Shown here: positions 7,030 through 16,569 of the stretch, piece after piece
How positions within the stretch are numbered: position 1 is the first letter of the stretch
Layout: the number at the start of each line of letters is the position of its first letter
From: a virus
Lineage: Duplodnaviria; Caudoviricetes
Strand: one strand, 5' to 3'
Length of the DNA: 46,509 nt
IMG/VR virus record: IMGVR_UViG_3300037991_007240
Location: 1-46,509 of that record
Made by a program: the position numbers and the translations under genes
The notes under the pieces: generated by a model
The model's database searches: none
What the model was told of the DNA's origin: nothing
The model's input: the letters and a program-made list of their open reading frames with translations, nothing else

Positions 7030-9738
7030 TTAAACGTTACCGATGACTTCATCAAACGAAACGCCAGATCTGGTGGCGACAAACGAAAGACCAATAAAGT
7101 TAATTGATCTTGCGGGTTTGATATAAATGTCAGCCACAAACTCATTATTGTCTATGACTGCACCTGTGTTATTTGTTTCGTCACAAATAACTACATAATC
7201 TTGAATACCTCTCTTCGCTTGAACATCACGAAGGAAAGGTTCAACAACGTTTACAAAGTTAGTTCTTGTAATTTCATCGTTGAATTCAAAGAGTTGATCT
7301 CTTGCTGCAGCAGAAATTGCATCTTCAAGGAAGATGAACAAACGACGAACGTTGATACGATCGAATGCAGATGCCTTAGCAAGTCCAGTCTTGTCACCAA
7401 ACAGAACAATACCAGCACCAGGTGAGAAGATTACTGGATTAATTCTTTCGGAATAGAGGCGATCTCTTTGCGACTGATTTGGAGTGTATGCCAATTTAAC
7501 TGCATTCAGAATTGCACCTCTCGATGTTCCTGCAGGAGAGAACCAAGGGAAGTTATCAATATCATTACGAGCACACAACCCAGCAATATCCCCATTCAAA
7601 GGAACATAGCGGAAAGTATTTGCAAATCTATCGTACATATACTTATATCCACTATCAAATATTGCATAAGATGAAGAAGGAATCATGGAGTAGTAAGCGA
7701 GTACATTATTTGTAATCGTCTCATCATTATTTAAAGTATTTGATGTTCCATTACCAGACTCACTTAAGAATGCTCCTCTGTATGGAGAGATGAACGCTAC
7801 TGCATCTTTTCTTTGTCCCGCGACAGAAATTAAAAGACTTGCTAAAGATGCTGCCTTCTCTTTGCTGTAATTTGCAGAACCCATAATAAGGAAATCTACA
7901 TCATATTTTTCTTTATTGGTAAAGAGATTGTATCCAGTAGTAATTTTACTCAAATCTGAAGCAAGTGCTCCATCGGAACCAATAATTGATCCACCATCAT
8001 AATTAGTACCACCACTCAATTCATAATTATGTGCTCCTGCACCACCAAAGATAACTGGACCACTCGAACTATCTTCAGTATCTTGATCCCATGCAAAATC
8101 AGTTGATGCAAGATATTGAGAACTAAATCCAGAAGCAACAACACCTTCAGGTGAATCTCCACCAAATACATATGCTGAATTTGTCTTCAGATATCCTCTC
8201 CAGTAAGATGGAGATCCAACAGAATACTGAGCATCTGTTGCTTTAGAGAGATTTAAATGCTTCTCTAAAATTGTTCCCGCATTTCCGGTGATTTTTCCTT
8301 CACCATCAATAATTACAACGTGGAGTTCGTCGAATCTTGATCCTCTTTCAGCAGCAAACTCAGAAGTTCCTGGTCGATCTGCTACTTGATTCCAAGGAAC
8401 AGTCTTTACAACTCTTGTATCACCTACAGTCTCTTTAGAGATTGAAAGTGTTTGTTCATCATACCAGTCTTTAGCACCGGTTGGAGTTACATCACTAGTT
8501 CCACCATTTAAAAACGCCGTGACAGAAACGAATTCTCCACCAAGATCTAAGAATCCACCAGCGTTAACTTTATCAGAAACATCAGAAGCAGTATTTAACT
8601 TAACTTCCGTGCCGGTATCAGAAACTTGTTCTGTTACTGTAGCAATACCAGCATATCTCTTAAGATGCTTGACTGGCGTACCATCAGCATGATCTCCGGC
8701 AGTTGTTCCTACAACTCCTCTGGTAACACCGGAAATTTGACCGTTTCCTATAGTTGCTCCATTAAGAGAAATGAGTTCATTTCCAATAACTAAGTAATCA
8801 TCAGCAGTAACACCCATCATAGCAGTAGCAATACCAACAACAGTATCGCCAGATGCTAAAGTCGTGCCGCCTTGCATATCAAGAGTTGCACTATGATGCA
8901 AGTAGTATGAAGTAATTGCAACACCTGCAGAAATTGTTGCTGCAGTTTCTCCTAAAACACCTCTTGTAACTTGAACAGAAGTTGTTCCTGCACCAGCACC
9001 GACAATAGAAAGTGCATGTCCAGATCTAAACCTAAATGTACCGTTATAGGTATAATCTTGAGTTGTTTCTGTATTGGCGTCTGGTAAATGAGAAATGAAT
9101 TTTACATAAATCTCATTCTTGGTATCATCCTTTCCAGTTACAATACCTTTGAAATCGCCGGTAAGATCCGTTGTATCTCCATTACCAATAACTAAATTAT
9201 CTTCAGTAAATGGTGTTGTAGATTGTCTCACACCATCACCAGTGCTAATACCAGCAGTAGCACCTTCTGCTAATGTGATAATTTGATCTGCTCTTGAGTC
9301 AATAACACCAACTCTAATTCCGTTTGCCCAGGATCCTGGATTCCTAGAAACTACGAATTTTCCGTTAATGGTATTTGTATCATATTGTTTGATTTCATAA
9401 TCTTCAACACTTTTGATCTTAATGCTCGATGCTGCACCAGCATTTGCATAAGCATTTGCTAAATTGTCAGAATCTGATCTAACAACATTCATCTGAGCAC
9501 CATATGCAAGATATGATGACGCAGATAACCAATGCTCATAGTGGTTATCGTTATTGTAAGGTTTACCGAAATTATCGAGTAAATCCTTTTCTGATCCGAT
9601 GATGATTGGAAGATCTACTGGACCTTGTGCAAAAGGTGCAACAAGGCCACCAATATTAGCGGAAGAAGGATCAACTCTTCCAACGGTGAGATCAACTTCC
9701 CTTACTTTAATTCCAGGAGATGCTAAATTTACTGGCAT
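7030..9738 (-). CDS. g18: Tail sheath protein gp18 with an internal domain insertion (902 aa)
   Basis: LASPGIKVREVDLT N-terminus; C-terminal YDRFANTFRYVPLNGDIAGL, PWFSPAG.SRG, FDRINVRRLF and IYIKPARSINFI. Confidence 0.98.
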   Translation of the reverse strand: MPVNLASPGIKVREVDLTVGRVDPSSANIGGLVAPFAQGPVDLPIIIGSEKDLLDNFGKPYNNDNHYEHWLSASSYLAYGAQMNVVRSDSDNLANAYANAGAASSIKIKSVEDYEIKQYDTNTINGKFVVSRNPGSWANGIRVGVIDSRADQIITLAEGATAGISTGDGVRQSTTPFTEDNLVIGNGDTTDLTGDFKGIVTGKDDTKNEIYVKFISHLPDANTETTQDYTYNGTFRFRSGHALSIVGAGAGTTSVQVTRGVLGETAATISAGVAITSYYLHHSATLDMQGGTTLASGDTVVGIATAMMGVTADDYLVIGNELISLNGATIGNGQISGVTRGVVGTTAGDHADGTPVKHLKRYAGIATVTEQVSDTGTEVKLNTASDVSDKVNAGGFLDLGGEFVSVTAFLNGGTSDVTPTGAKDWYDEQTLSISKETVGDTRVVKTVPWNQVADRPGTSEFAAERGSRFDELHVVIIDGEGKITGNAGTILEKHLNLSKATDAQYSVGSPSYWRGYLKTNSAYVFGGDSPEGVVASGFSSQYLASTDFAWDQDTEDSSSGPVIFGGAGAHNYELSGGTNYDGGSIIGSDGALASDLSKITTGYNLFTNKEKYDVDFLIMGSANYSKEKAASLASLLISVAGQRKDAVAFISPYRGAFLSESGNGTSNTLNNDETITNNVLAYYSMIPSSSYAIFDSGYKYMYDRFANTFRYVPLNGDIAGLCARNDIDNFPWFSPAGTSRGAILNAVKLAYTPNQSQRDRLYSERINPVIFSPGAGIVLFGDKTGLAKASAFDRINVRRLFIFLEDAISAAARDQLFEFNDEITRTNFVNVVEPFLRDVQAKRGIQDYVVICDETNNTGAVIDNNEFVADIYIKPARSINFIGLSFVATRSGVSFDEVIGNV

Positions 9739-9773
9739 CTTGTTTTCCCTCGCAATCCAGATTTAACTAAAAA

Positions 9774-9781
9774 TATTTATG
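9774..9781 (-). promoter_or_regulatory. Late promoter CATAAATA for g18-g19
   Basis: About 35 nt upstream of the g18 ATG, followed by a GAGGG RBS-like sequence. Confidence 0.75.
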
Positions 9782-9822
9782 GAAAAGGGTATTTTCAGCG
9801 GGGAAACGGTGCATGAACATAT

Positions 9823-10050
9823 TTACCAATCAGGGTATTCCCATTTATCAACAATCTTTTTTATTTTTCTATTCGATGAAATTCTTTTTATAGTACATTC
9901 CTTACATTCATAAGAATATGCTGATGCAGATGTCCTATCCTTTCTGGTTCTATAAAAATCGTTTAATAAGTTTTTAATTACTCCGCATGTTCGACACTTT
10001 CGATCAAGAAATAATAAATGTTCTAATTCAATTTGATCGTCAAAATCCAT
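9823..10050 (-). CDS. Small CxxC...CxxC zinc-finger protein, 75 aa
   Basis: RKCRTCGVIKNL..DFY...YECKEC. Resembles the N-terminal Zn module of Endo VII/HNH-type phage endonucleases but has no catalytic domain. Coupled to g17 by a TAATG overlap. Confidence 0.75.
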   Translation of the reverse strand: MDFDDQIELEHLLFLDRKCRTCGVIKNLLNDFYRTRKDRTSASAYSYECKECTIKRISSNRKIKKIVDKWEYPDW

Positions 10051-11696
10051 TACTTATAGTCCCACATATATGACATATCTCCATATTCATCAGTATGCCA
10101 TCTATCTCCACTCGAATCTACAAATGACTCCATATTAGAAATTCCATCTTCAATAAATCCAAAAGGTGCCATATCTTGCTCTATTTGATTCTTTTGTTCT
10201 TCATATAATCTCTTACGGACATCATTCTCAGTCATTTCTTTAAAATAATCTTGTGCGACTAACCAAGAAAAAATGACTAAACACATTGCTAGATCATCAT
10301 TACACCCCTCTTCTGCTTCAAAAGAATTGCCTCTTTGAGCAAATGTTGTCAATTCTGAGATGACTTCATAATCTGTAGTAATTAATTTATCATCTTCAAT
10401 TAAAGTTTTTAAATTTGAACATCCTAACTTTTTAACTGAAGAAGTTGTTCTTACTCCAAGTTGAGATTTTTTTCCACTAAAACCAGATCCGACAACTTGT
10501 CCGTTTCTTCCTCTCATAGCACACATGAGAATATTTTCATATTCCAAATCATATTGAAGAATGCTAGCAACTTGATCTCCAATATCATTTACTTCTATTA
10601 ACAACCAAGATTCGTTATATCCCATCGCGACATCGTAAATGACGCTTGGGAATAGCATGGGTTTAATTTCATTATTTCTATACTTTCCTACCACTTTATA
10701 AGGAAATTCTGTTATATCAAAAATAATAAAAGCGGAATAATCGTTTCCTAATCCACGAGCAACATCGACTGTAATTAGATAATTGTGCCCATCTATTGGA
10801 TTTTCGTATATATCCAGTCCTGCATTTCTTTGTATTGGATCTTCATATGCTAATGCTTTCAACTTTGCTGGAGCAATAAGAGTATTAACAGATCCTAAAA
10901 ATTCACATTCAAACTCAACACGAAACTGTTCTTCAGAAGTGTTTGCAATAGTCTGTTCCTTCCAGACAATATCTCTTCCAGGAACTTCTGACCAGTGAAC
11001 TTCTGTTGGAATATATTCATTTTTATTCCTTTCTGCATCATGCCACATACGGTAGAAATGATTCATACCGTGTGGGGTAGATACAATAATTACTTTGGTG
11101 TTTTTACCAGAAGTAATAGTAGGATAAACAGATGCAAAGAACGAGTCAGCAACGTGATTTGGGACAAACGCGAACTCGTCGAGAAAGAGGATGTTGAATG
11201 ACATACCTCGGACAGCACTTGCAGACGTAGAAGCTGCCAATATCTTACTGCCATTCTCTAACTCCATCGAACCTTTGTTCCATGACAGAATACCCTGTTG
11301 CATCCATTTAGGCAAGTTTTCGTAAGCAGTCTGTAACCTTTGTAATAATTCTCTTGCAGTTGCTGCTTTGTTTGCCAGAATACCAATGTTTACGCTGTCA
11401 TTAAATACAGCATAATGCAAAAGGTAAGATACTACTGTAGTAGATTTACCTGTTTGTCGCGGCATCTTACAGATATTAAATCTGTTATTATGAAAATTAT
11501 GAATTAGTTTTTCTTGGAAATGATACGGTTTGAAACTTGTCAAACCCTCATCAAGAGAAACAATTTTAATATACTTATTAGCAAAATACACCGGATCTTG
11601 CTTACATTTAAGGAACTCAATAATTTGTTCCTCTGTAAACTCTATCGGTGTATTTGCTTTTTTTAAATTAGGATTACCAAGATATACTTCACTCAT
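10050..11696 (-). CDS. g17: Terminase large subunit gp17
   Basis: Walker A MPRQTGKSTT, Walker B ILFLDEFAFV, coupling motif STPHG, and RNase H-like nuclease motifs TVDVARG and DDLAMCL. Confidence 0.99.
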   Translation of the reverse strand: MSEVYLGNPNLKKANTPIEFTEEQIIEFLKCKQDPVYFANKYIKIVSLDEGLTSFKPYHFQEKLIHNFHNNRFNICKMPRQTGKSTTVVSYLLHYAVFNDSVNIGILANKAATARELLQRLQTAYENLPKWMQQGILSWNKGSMELENGSKILAASTSASAVRGMSFNILFLDEFAFVPNHVADSFFASVYPTITSGKNTKVIIVSTPHGMNHFYRMWHDAERNKNEYIPTEVHWSEVPGRDIVWKEQTIANTSEEQFRVEFECEFLGSVNTLIAPAKLKALAYEDPIQRNAGLDIYENPIDGHNYLITVDVARGLGNDYSAFIIFDITEFPYKVVGKYRNNEIKPMLFPSVIYDVAMGYNESWLLIEVNDIGDQVASILQYDLEYENILMCAMRGRNGQVVGSGFSGKKSQLGVRTTSSVKKLGCSNLKTLIEDDKLITTDYEVISELTTFAQRGNSFEAEEGCNDDLAMCLVIFSWLVAQDYFKEMTENDVRKRLYEEQKNQIEQDMAPFGFIEDGISNMESFVDSSGDRWHTDEYGDMSYMWDYK

Positions 11697-11707
11697 AGCA
11701 AATTAAC

Positions 11708-13015
11708 TCAACACTTCCAACGGCGACGGGCTTTGCAGACAGGTTTATCGGGGGTTTTGGAGCAATCGATGTTATGCATGTCTTGCTGACCCTTAGAGCG
11801 AGCGCAGAAAGACTTTCTACGCTTAGCATCCTTACTGCCTGGTTTAGGATCTCCAGTTACGGCAGTCTTCAACTTAGAACCTGGATTTTCACGACGATAT
11901 GCTTTGACTGCAGCAGCACTCATACCATCAGTTTTATCCGACTTATTGACCTTCTGCCAATCTTCACCAAACATTTTTGGACCTTTAGTCTTTCTCTCTG
12001 CTGCTTCTCTTTCGCCCTCAGTAGCACCCTTTTGAGCAAGATTTCTTACTTTTGCCGCACGTTGTTGCTTTCTATGTGCTTTTGGATCAATTGCCGCAGG
12101 CATTACACCTTCACCAAGTTCTGATCTCCAATCAGAAAATTCCTCTTTCTTCACGCAGTTATTATAAATTTTACCAAACATCTTTTTGGTTCCCTTCTTC
12201 TCATATCCTTTCCAACACTTTTGACCTTCTTCTATAGGTTGACCACCTTTGATTGGTTCTGCCTCAATAATATCAATAAACTCATATTCAGTTGCCTTAA
12301 AATCATCTCTCCAGTTAGAAAATTCTACAGACTCTGACTTATTTCCCCAATTAGCAGCACCGACCTTACGACACTTTACAAGTGCTCCTGAGGCGTATGC
12401 AGAAGGCCACACAGAGTAACGTGACTTAACTTTATGATAGCAGGCATCCCTTTTCTTTTTCTTCTCTTCTTCTACAACGTTTGCTTCTGGTTCGAACGAA
12501 TTATTCTGAGTTACCATTATTGCTTTACCTTTTCTATTTGGATTTGGATCTTCTTTACGTTTTTTAGCAGCTGCTTTATCTCTTTTATCCTTACTCATTG
12601 CAGCTCGGTCGTCTGCATCACGGCAATATGGTTTGGTTGTTTGACCTGGTTGTTTGGCACATGGTTTTCCATCATATTTACCACCAGTTTGTTTCCATCC
12701 TCCACCTTTGAACCAATCTCTAAGTGAATATCCTTTGTCTTTGGCAGATTTTCCATCACGTTTTTCAGATATGATCGATTCTGAAACTCCACCGCCATTA
12801 GATCCGCCATTAGACCCCCCATTCCCATTTCCATTGCCATTCTGGTTATTTCCATTTCCTTTTTTAGTACCATTTCCTTCATTTTCATTATTATTATTAT
12901 CATTATCATTATCTTTTGCCAAATATCCACGAGCACCAATATGATACCCTAAAGGCAACTTCTTGCACTTTTTATCTGTATAGCAATAATAGTATCCTTG
13001 CTTACACTTCTTCAT
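11708..13015 (-). CDS. Modular Lys/Cys-rich hypothetical protein, 435 aa (probable internal head protein)
   Basis: Long ORF filling the g16-g17 interval, with an upstream late promoter. Basic modules alternate with acidic linkers. The function is inferred only. Confidence 0.85.
   Translation of the reverse strand: MKKCKQGYYYCYTDKKCKKLPLGYHIGARGYLAKDNDNDNNNNENEGNGTKKGNGNNQNGNGNGNGGSNGGSNGGGVSESIISEKRDGKSAKDKGYSLRDWFKGGGWKQTGGKYDGKPCAKQPGQTTKPYCRDADDRAAMSKDKRDKAAAKKRKEDPNPNRKGKAIMVTQNNSFEPEANVVEEEKKKKRDACYHKVKSRYSVWPSAYASGALVKCRKVGAANWGNKSESVEFSNWRDDFKATEYEFIDIIEAEPIKGGQPIEEGQKCWKGYEKKGTKKMFGKIYNNCVKKEEFSDWRSELGEGVMPAAIDPKAHRKQQRAAKVRNLAQKGATEGEREAAERKTKGPKMFGEDWQKVNKSDKTDGMSAAAVKAYRRENPGSKLKTAVTGDPKPGSKDAKRRKSFCARSKGQQDMHNIDCSKTPDKPVCKARRRWKC
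12788..12913 (-). repeat. Low-complexity Asn/Gly-rich linker (AAT/GAT and GGNAAT microsatellites)
   Basis: Encodes DNDNDNNNNENEGNG...NGNGNGNGGSNGGSNGGG. Confidence 0.85.
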
Positions 13016-13451
13016 TTTTATTACTTGTGGTATTATTATTTAGAAAACCTTGCTTCAGCATTTTCTGAAGTTCTGATGTTGATCCAACAAAAACAGCGTT
13101 ATTTGTCACATTATTTGTAGTTTTCTTTATATCCGTCTCAACATCCTTAAGTTTCTTTTGAAGATCGATTAACTTATCAGTAGTGTCTGCAACACTCTTA
13201 ATTAACTGTCCTGCAACTTCGTATGCTCTTGGACTAGATCCTTCTTCAGCGACCTCCATGATGCCATTAATCGCCTCTTGACCCTTTTCTATTAAAGAAT
13301 ACAAATTTGCACGAGTATATTCATAATCTTTTTTGATATCATCTCCTTTTGGTTTAATGATATCTACATTTTTTGGTTTAGATTCGACAATATCACTCTC
13401 AGTATTCAGAGCATTATCGATAGCATCATAATTTTCACTCATGATTATCAA
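13002..13451 (-). CDS. g16: Terminase small subunit gp16 (true start may be Met4 at 13442)
   Basis: DYEYTRANLYSLIEKGQEA, PRAYEVAGQLIKSVAD and FVGSTSELQK. Follows g15. Confidence 0.93.
   Translation of the reverse strand: MIIMSENYDAIDNALNTESDIVESKPKNVDIIKPKGDDIKKDYEYTRANLYSLIEKGQEAINGIMEVAEEGSSPRAYEVAGQLIKSVADTTDKLIDLQKKLKDVETDIKKTTNNVTNNAVFVGSTSELQKMLKQGFLNNNTTSNKNEEV
13037..13044 (-). promoter_or_regulatory. Late promoter variant TCTAAATA embedded in the g16 3' end
   Basis: Lies within the codons for F-L-N-N, 21 nt upstream of the 435-aa ORF start. Confidence 0.55.
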
Positions 13452-14293
13452 ATATCCTGTTGTTGTGTTGGACTATATGTTTTAGAGTCCTGGAAAAAAT
13501 CCCAATTCTCATTAAATCCGAAATCGTCAGAAGGTCCAAGTAAAGCATCATCTGCCGAATTGATTTGCCCATCAGAATTTTTATCTTCCAGTGCTTTAGG
13601 TGTAGCAGTGTATCTTACTTCCCGTTTTGCAGTTTGAGTATCTGTTGAAGATGAAACATCAACTTGAACCTTACGAATGAGACCATCCGTACTGTCTGCA
13701 ATAGGACCAAATAGATATGTCTTGACAGTAAATCTTAATGTATATATTAATGCTCTTCTGGTCTGGAAAGATCCTTCATAATCATCTTGAAAGTCGATAC
13801 TATCCAAAACAACCGGAGTGTCTCTTTTTTCTCCAATAGAATCAATTAAGTCTAAAGTTAAATTAAATGATGGTTGAAAGAATGGTAAAATTTGTTCTAC
13901 TATTTGTAGTGCATCATCATTCAACTTACTAAAAATATTTAATTCAAATCCAATATTATATGGAACAGGCATAAAAACCTTTTTCATATTTGTTCCATCT
14001 GTTGCTTTGAAGGTTTGAGTGACTCCTGCCTTTCTAGATGAATCATATTGAATGTTCGTCATTTCAAACGACATTCTTGGGAGACTGATCGCAACTGGTT
14101 TTGTTAGATCTTCTTGCTGTTGAATTTTTGCAAGAAATTTTTGCATTGGTCCATATGACAAACCAACTTTTTGTTGATTGGTAACAGCACCACTCTTATC
14201 CAAATGCTTAATGTAAATGTTATTAAATAATGTTCCGAAAGATATAATATTCTTTCTAATTATTTCGTGATAAAAATAAGTTCCTAACATCAA
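13448..14293 (-). CDS. g15: Tail sheath stabiliser / completion protein gp15
   Basis: YFYHEIIRK.IISFGTLFNNI, LPRMSFE, PVPYNIGFEL and QIVEQILPFFQPSF. Confidence 0.95.
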   Translation of the reverse strand: MMLGTYFYHEIIRKNIISFGTLFNNIYIKHLDKSGAVTNQQKVGLSYGPMQKFLAKIQQQEDLTKPVAISLPRMSFEMTNIQYDSSRKAGVTQTFKATDGTNMKKVFMPVPYNIGFELNIFSKLNDDALQIVEQILPFFQPSFNLTLDLIDSIGEKRDTPVVLDSIDFQDDYEGSFQTRRALIYTLRFTVKTYLFGPIADSTDGLIRKVQVDVSSSTDTQTAKREVRYTATPKALEDKNSDGQINSADDALLGPSDDFGFNENWDFFQDSKTYSPTQQQDI

Positions 14294-15723
14294 TATTCTC
14301 CAAATGGATTACTCTCAGTAAAATCAATTATTGAATCTGCTTCTGTCTCAATATTGTCATTAATATCATACTCATCTCCAGAAGAATCATCATTATAAGA
14401 TTTAACTATATATGTCGCTGAAGATGCAGAACCAACTACAGTCTCTCCGACATAGAATGTTCCTGTAATACTTCCAAGTTCCAAATACTTATTTGGATTT
14501 GTTCTGTCTTCTCCACCATCTCCTGTGAGATAATCAATATTAATATCTCTAATACGCGCAGTTGCACCTGAAGTCTGACCAGTTACAATTTCATTAAGGA
14601 TGAATGTTCCTATACCAGTTGTAGAAACTCCAGTTATATTTACTGTTGGTGCTTGCGTATATCCAACACCCGTGTTTATAATTCTAAATCCAGTAACAGT
14701 TCCTGAAGAAACAACCGCCTCAGCACTTGCACCAGTGCCGCCACCTCCAGTTATTGTAACATCTGGAATGCTGTAATATCCTTTATTGTCTCCAGAATTT
14801 ATAGTAAATGTACTAATTCCATTATTTCCTAAAGTAGCAGTTGCAGTTGCACCACTTCCATTTCCTCCACTAATTGTAACAGTTGGAGTTTGAATATATC
14901 CATATCCCGGATCGAGTATTCTTAATGAATCTATAGAATATACATTTCCCTTATTTGTTGTAATTGCAACTGCAGTTGCTGTACCAACCCCAGATGCTGG
15001 CGAAGATATTGTTACTGTAGGAGTACTTGTATACCCACTTCCATCATCAGTCAGTGTTAATTGACGTACCATACCAGTACCACCTATGCTCACACTTGCT
15101 GTTGCTCCCACTCCAAGAGAAACAAGTGACATAGTAGTTATATATCCTTCATCTTCAATAACACTATCTACAAGATCTGAAGTTGTATCTATAACTTCTC
15201 CTTCATATTCGTACAACTCACATTGCAACTCATAAACATATGTTTTATTCAATTGGTAAAATGGTTTTTCTGCCTCAACTCTTTTAATTTCAAATAATCT
15301 TTCTCCCAGAGGAAACCAAATTAAATCTCCTTCTGCTGGTCTTACTGCCAAATATTTTTCTTGTCCGGTAATAAACTCCCTATCCATTGCCCAGTTTTGT
15401 CCACCCAAATATGCACCAATAAAATCTTCAAATCTTTCTTTGGATATTACCAAATTAACTTCATTCTTGAGTCTTAATCCAAATTTTGTCATAATATCAG
15501 AATCTGGAGCATATCCATCATAATTTGTCATGTACGCTTCAATAACAAAATTATCTTGAAATGCAGAAGACTCTACCTCTTGAAGTATATTATCCGTTCT
15601 AAAAACTGATCTTGGTAAATAATGTACTTCTATACCAAATATTGTTAAATGCTCATTAATTAAATCCTGGAGAAGATTTTGTTCTCCGTTAGTTCCTTGG
15701 AGAAAATATGGATTAAGTGCCAT
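14290..15723 (-). CDS. g14: Neck protein gp14 with an internal beta-repeat insertion
   Basis: N-terminal QDLINE..IFG..V.YLPR, RPAEGDLIWFP and FYQL; C-terminal IIDFTESNPFG; four G.GY...P.V.I repeats in the middle. Confidence 0.92.
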   Translation of the reverse strand: MALNPYFLQGTNGEQNLLQDLINEHLTIFGIEVHYLPRSVFRTDNILQEVESSAFQDNFVIEAYMTNYDGYAPDSDIMTKFGLRLKNEVNLVISKERFEDFIGAYLGGQNWAMDREFITGQEKYLAVRPAEGDLIWFPLGERLFEIKRVEAEKPFYQLNKTYVYELQCELYEYEGEVIDTTSDLVDSVIEDEGYITTMSLVSLGVGATASVSIGGTGMVRQLTLTDDGSGYTSTPTVTISSPASGVGTATAVAITTNKGNVYSIDSLRILDPGYGYIQTPTVTISGGNGSGATATATLGNNGISTFTINSGDNKGYYSIPDVTITGGGGTGASAEAVVSSGTVTGFRIINTGVGYTQAPTVNITGVSTTGIGTFILNEIVTGQTSGATARIRDINIDYLTGDGGEDRTNPNKYLELGSITGTFYVGETVVGSASSATYIVKSYNDDSSGDEYDINDNIETEADSIIDFTESNPFGEY

Positions 15724-15729
15724 AATAAA

Positions 15730-16569
15730 TTATCCTATAAGATCTAAAGGTGGAAGTTCATATTCTGATGCCATTTTTTGTCTTATCGCTTCCAATTCTC
15801 TCTCACCATCTTCATAGAGTTGTCTTCCATTCAATTCAATACCTCCTGGAAGTTTGACGCCATTAAATTTAATCAAATTTTGTCCCCACTGTCGTTTCAT
15901 AAGTGCTGTTAGATATCTCTTGACAAAACTATCATTATATACTTGAGTAAATGATGCAGGATCGAGTGCTCTATAGCAGTCAAGAACTATGTATGTTCCT
16001 GCCTCTTGAGACGCCCAGTCAATATCTAAGTACAATCTATCTTGTCTCTTATTAAATCTAATTTTTTTATCTGTAGTTAGTAAATGGTCAATATCCTCAA
16101 GATAACTCTTAACCATAGAATATTGTAAAAGTTCTACGGAATTAAAATAATATAGATCATTTAAAAATAATTGATATTTGATACTGAACATTCCTTTCGA
16201 AATTGAACTAGTATCAAATTTGAAAATTCCTTCTACACCTACAACAGAATCGGGAACTTGAATATAGTTTGAATTTTCTTCGAAGGAGAATTGAGTAGTA
16301 GCACCAACATTATGATTTACTGTTGTCGTTACAATACCAGTAACTCCATCTTTACTTGGACCCTTGCCTCTATCAATATCATCTTGAGTTATTTTGTATT
16401 TCAAATACATTCTTTCAACACCATCAAAGTGTCTTTCATTAAAATATTGAATCGCATCATCAACCAAGTCATCGATTTGATCATCATCAATATTAATTTC
16501 TAAAACTGGTGCTCCTAATTTTCTGAGGCAATAATCAATCAATCCTTGCCTAGTACTTGGTTTTGCCAT
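15730..16569 (-). CDS. g13: Neck protein gp13
   Basis: LIDYCLRKLGAPVLEIN and KRQWGQNLIKFNGVKLPGGIELNGRQLYE. Confidence 0.96.
   Translation of the reverse strand: MAKPSTRQGLIDYCLRKLGAPVLEINIDDDQIDDLVDDAIQYFNERHFDGVERMYLKYKITQDDIDRGKGPSKDGVTGIVTTTVNHNVGATTQFSFEENSNYIQVPDSVVGVEGIFKFDTSSISKGMFSIKYQLFLNDLYYFNSVELLQYSMVKSYLEDIDHLLTTDKKIRFNKRQDRLYLDIDWASQEAGTYIVLDCYRALDPASFTQVYNDSFVKRYLTALMKRQWGQNLIKFNGVKLPGGIELNGRQLYEDGERELEAIRQKMASEYELPPLDLIG

Noticed and set aside
10050-11696. Possible intein or intron in the terminase (also checked g20 and g23)
   Set aside because: The ORFs are uninterrupted, of normal length, and have no intein splice motifs or LAGLIDADG/HNH inserts.
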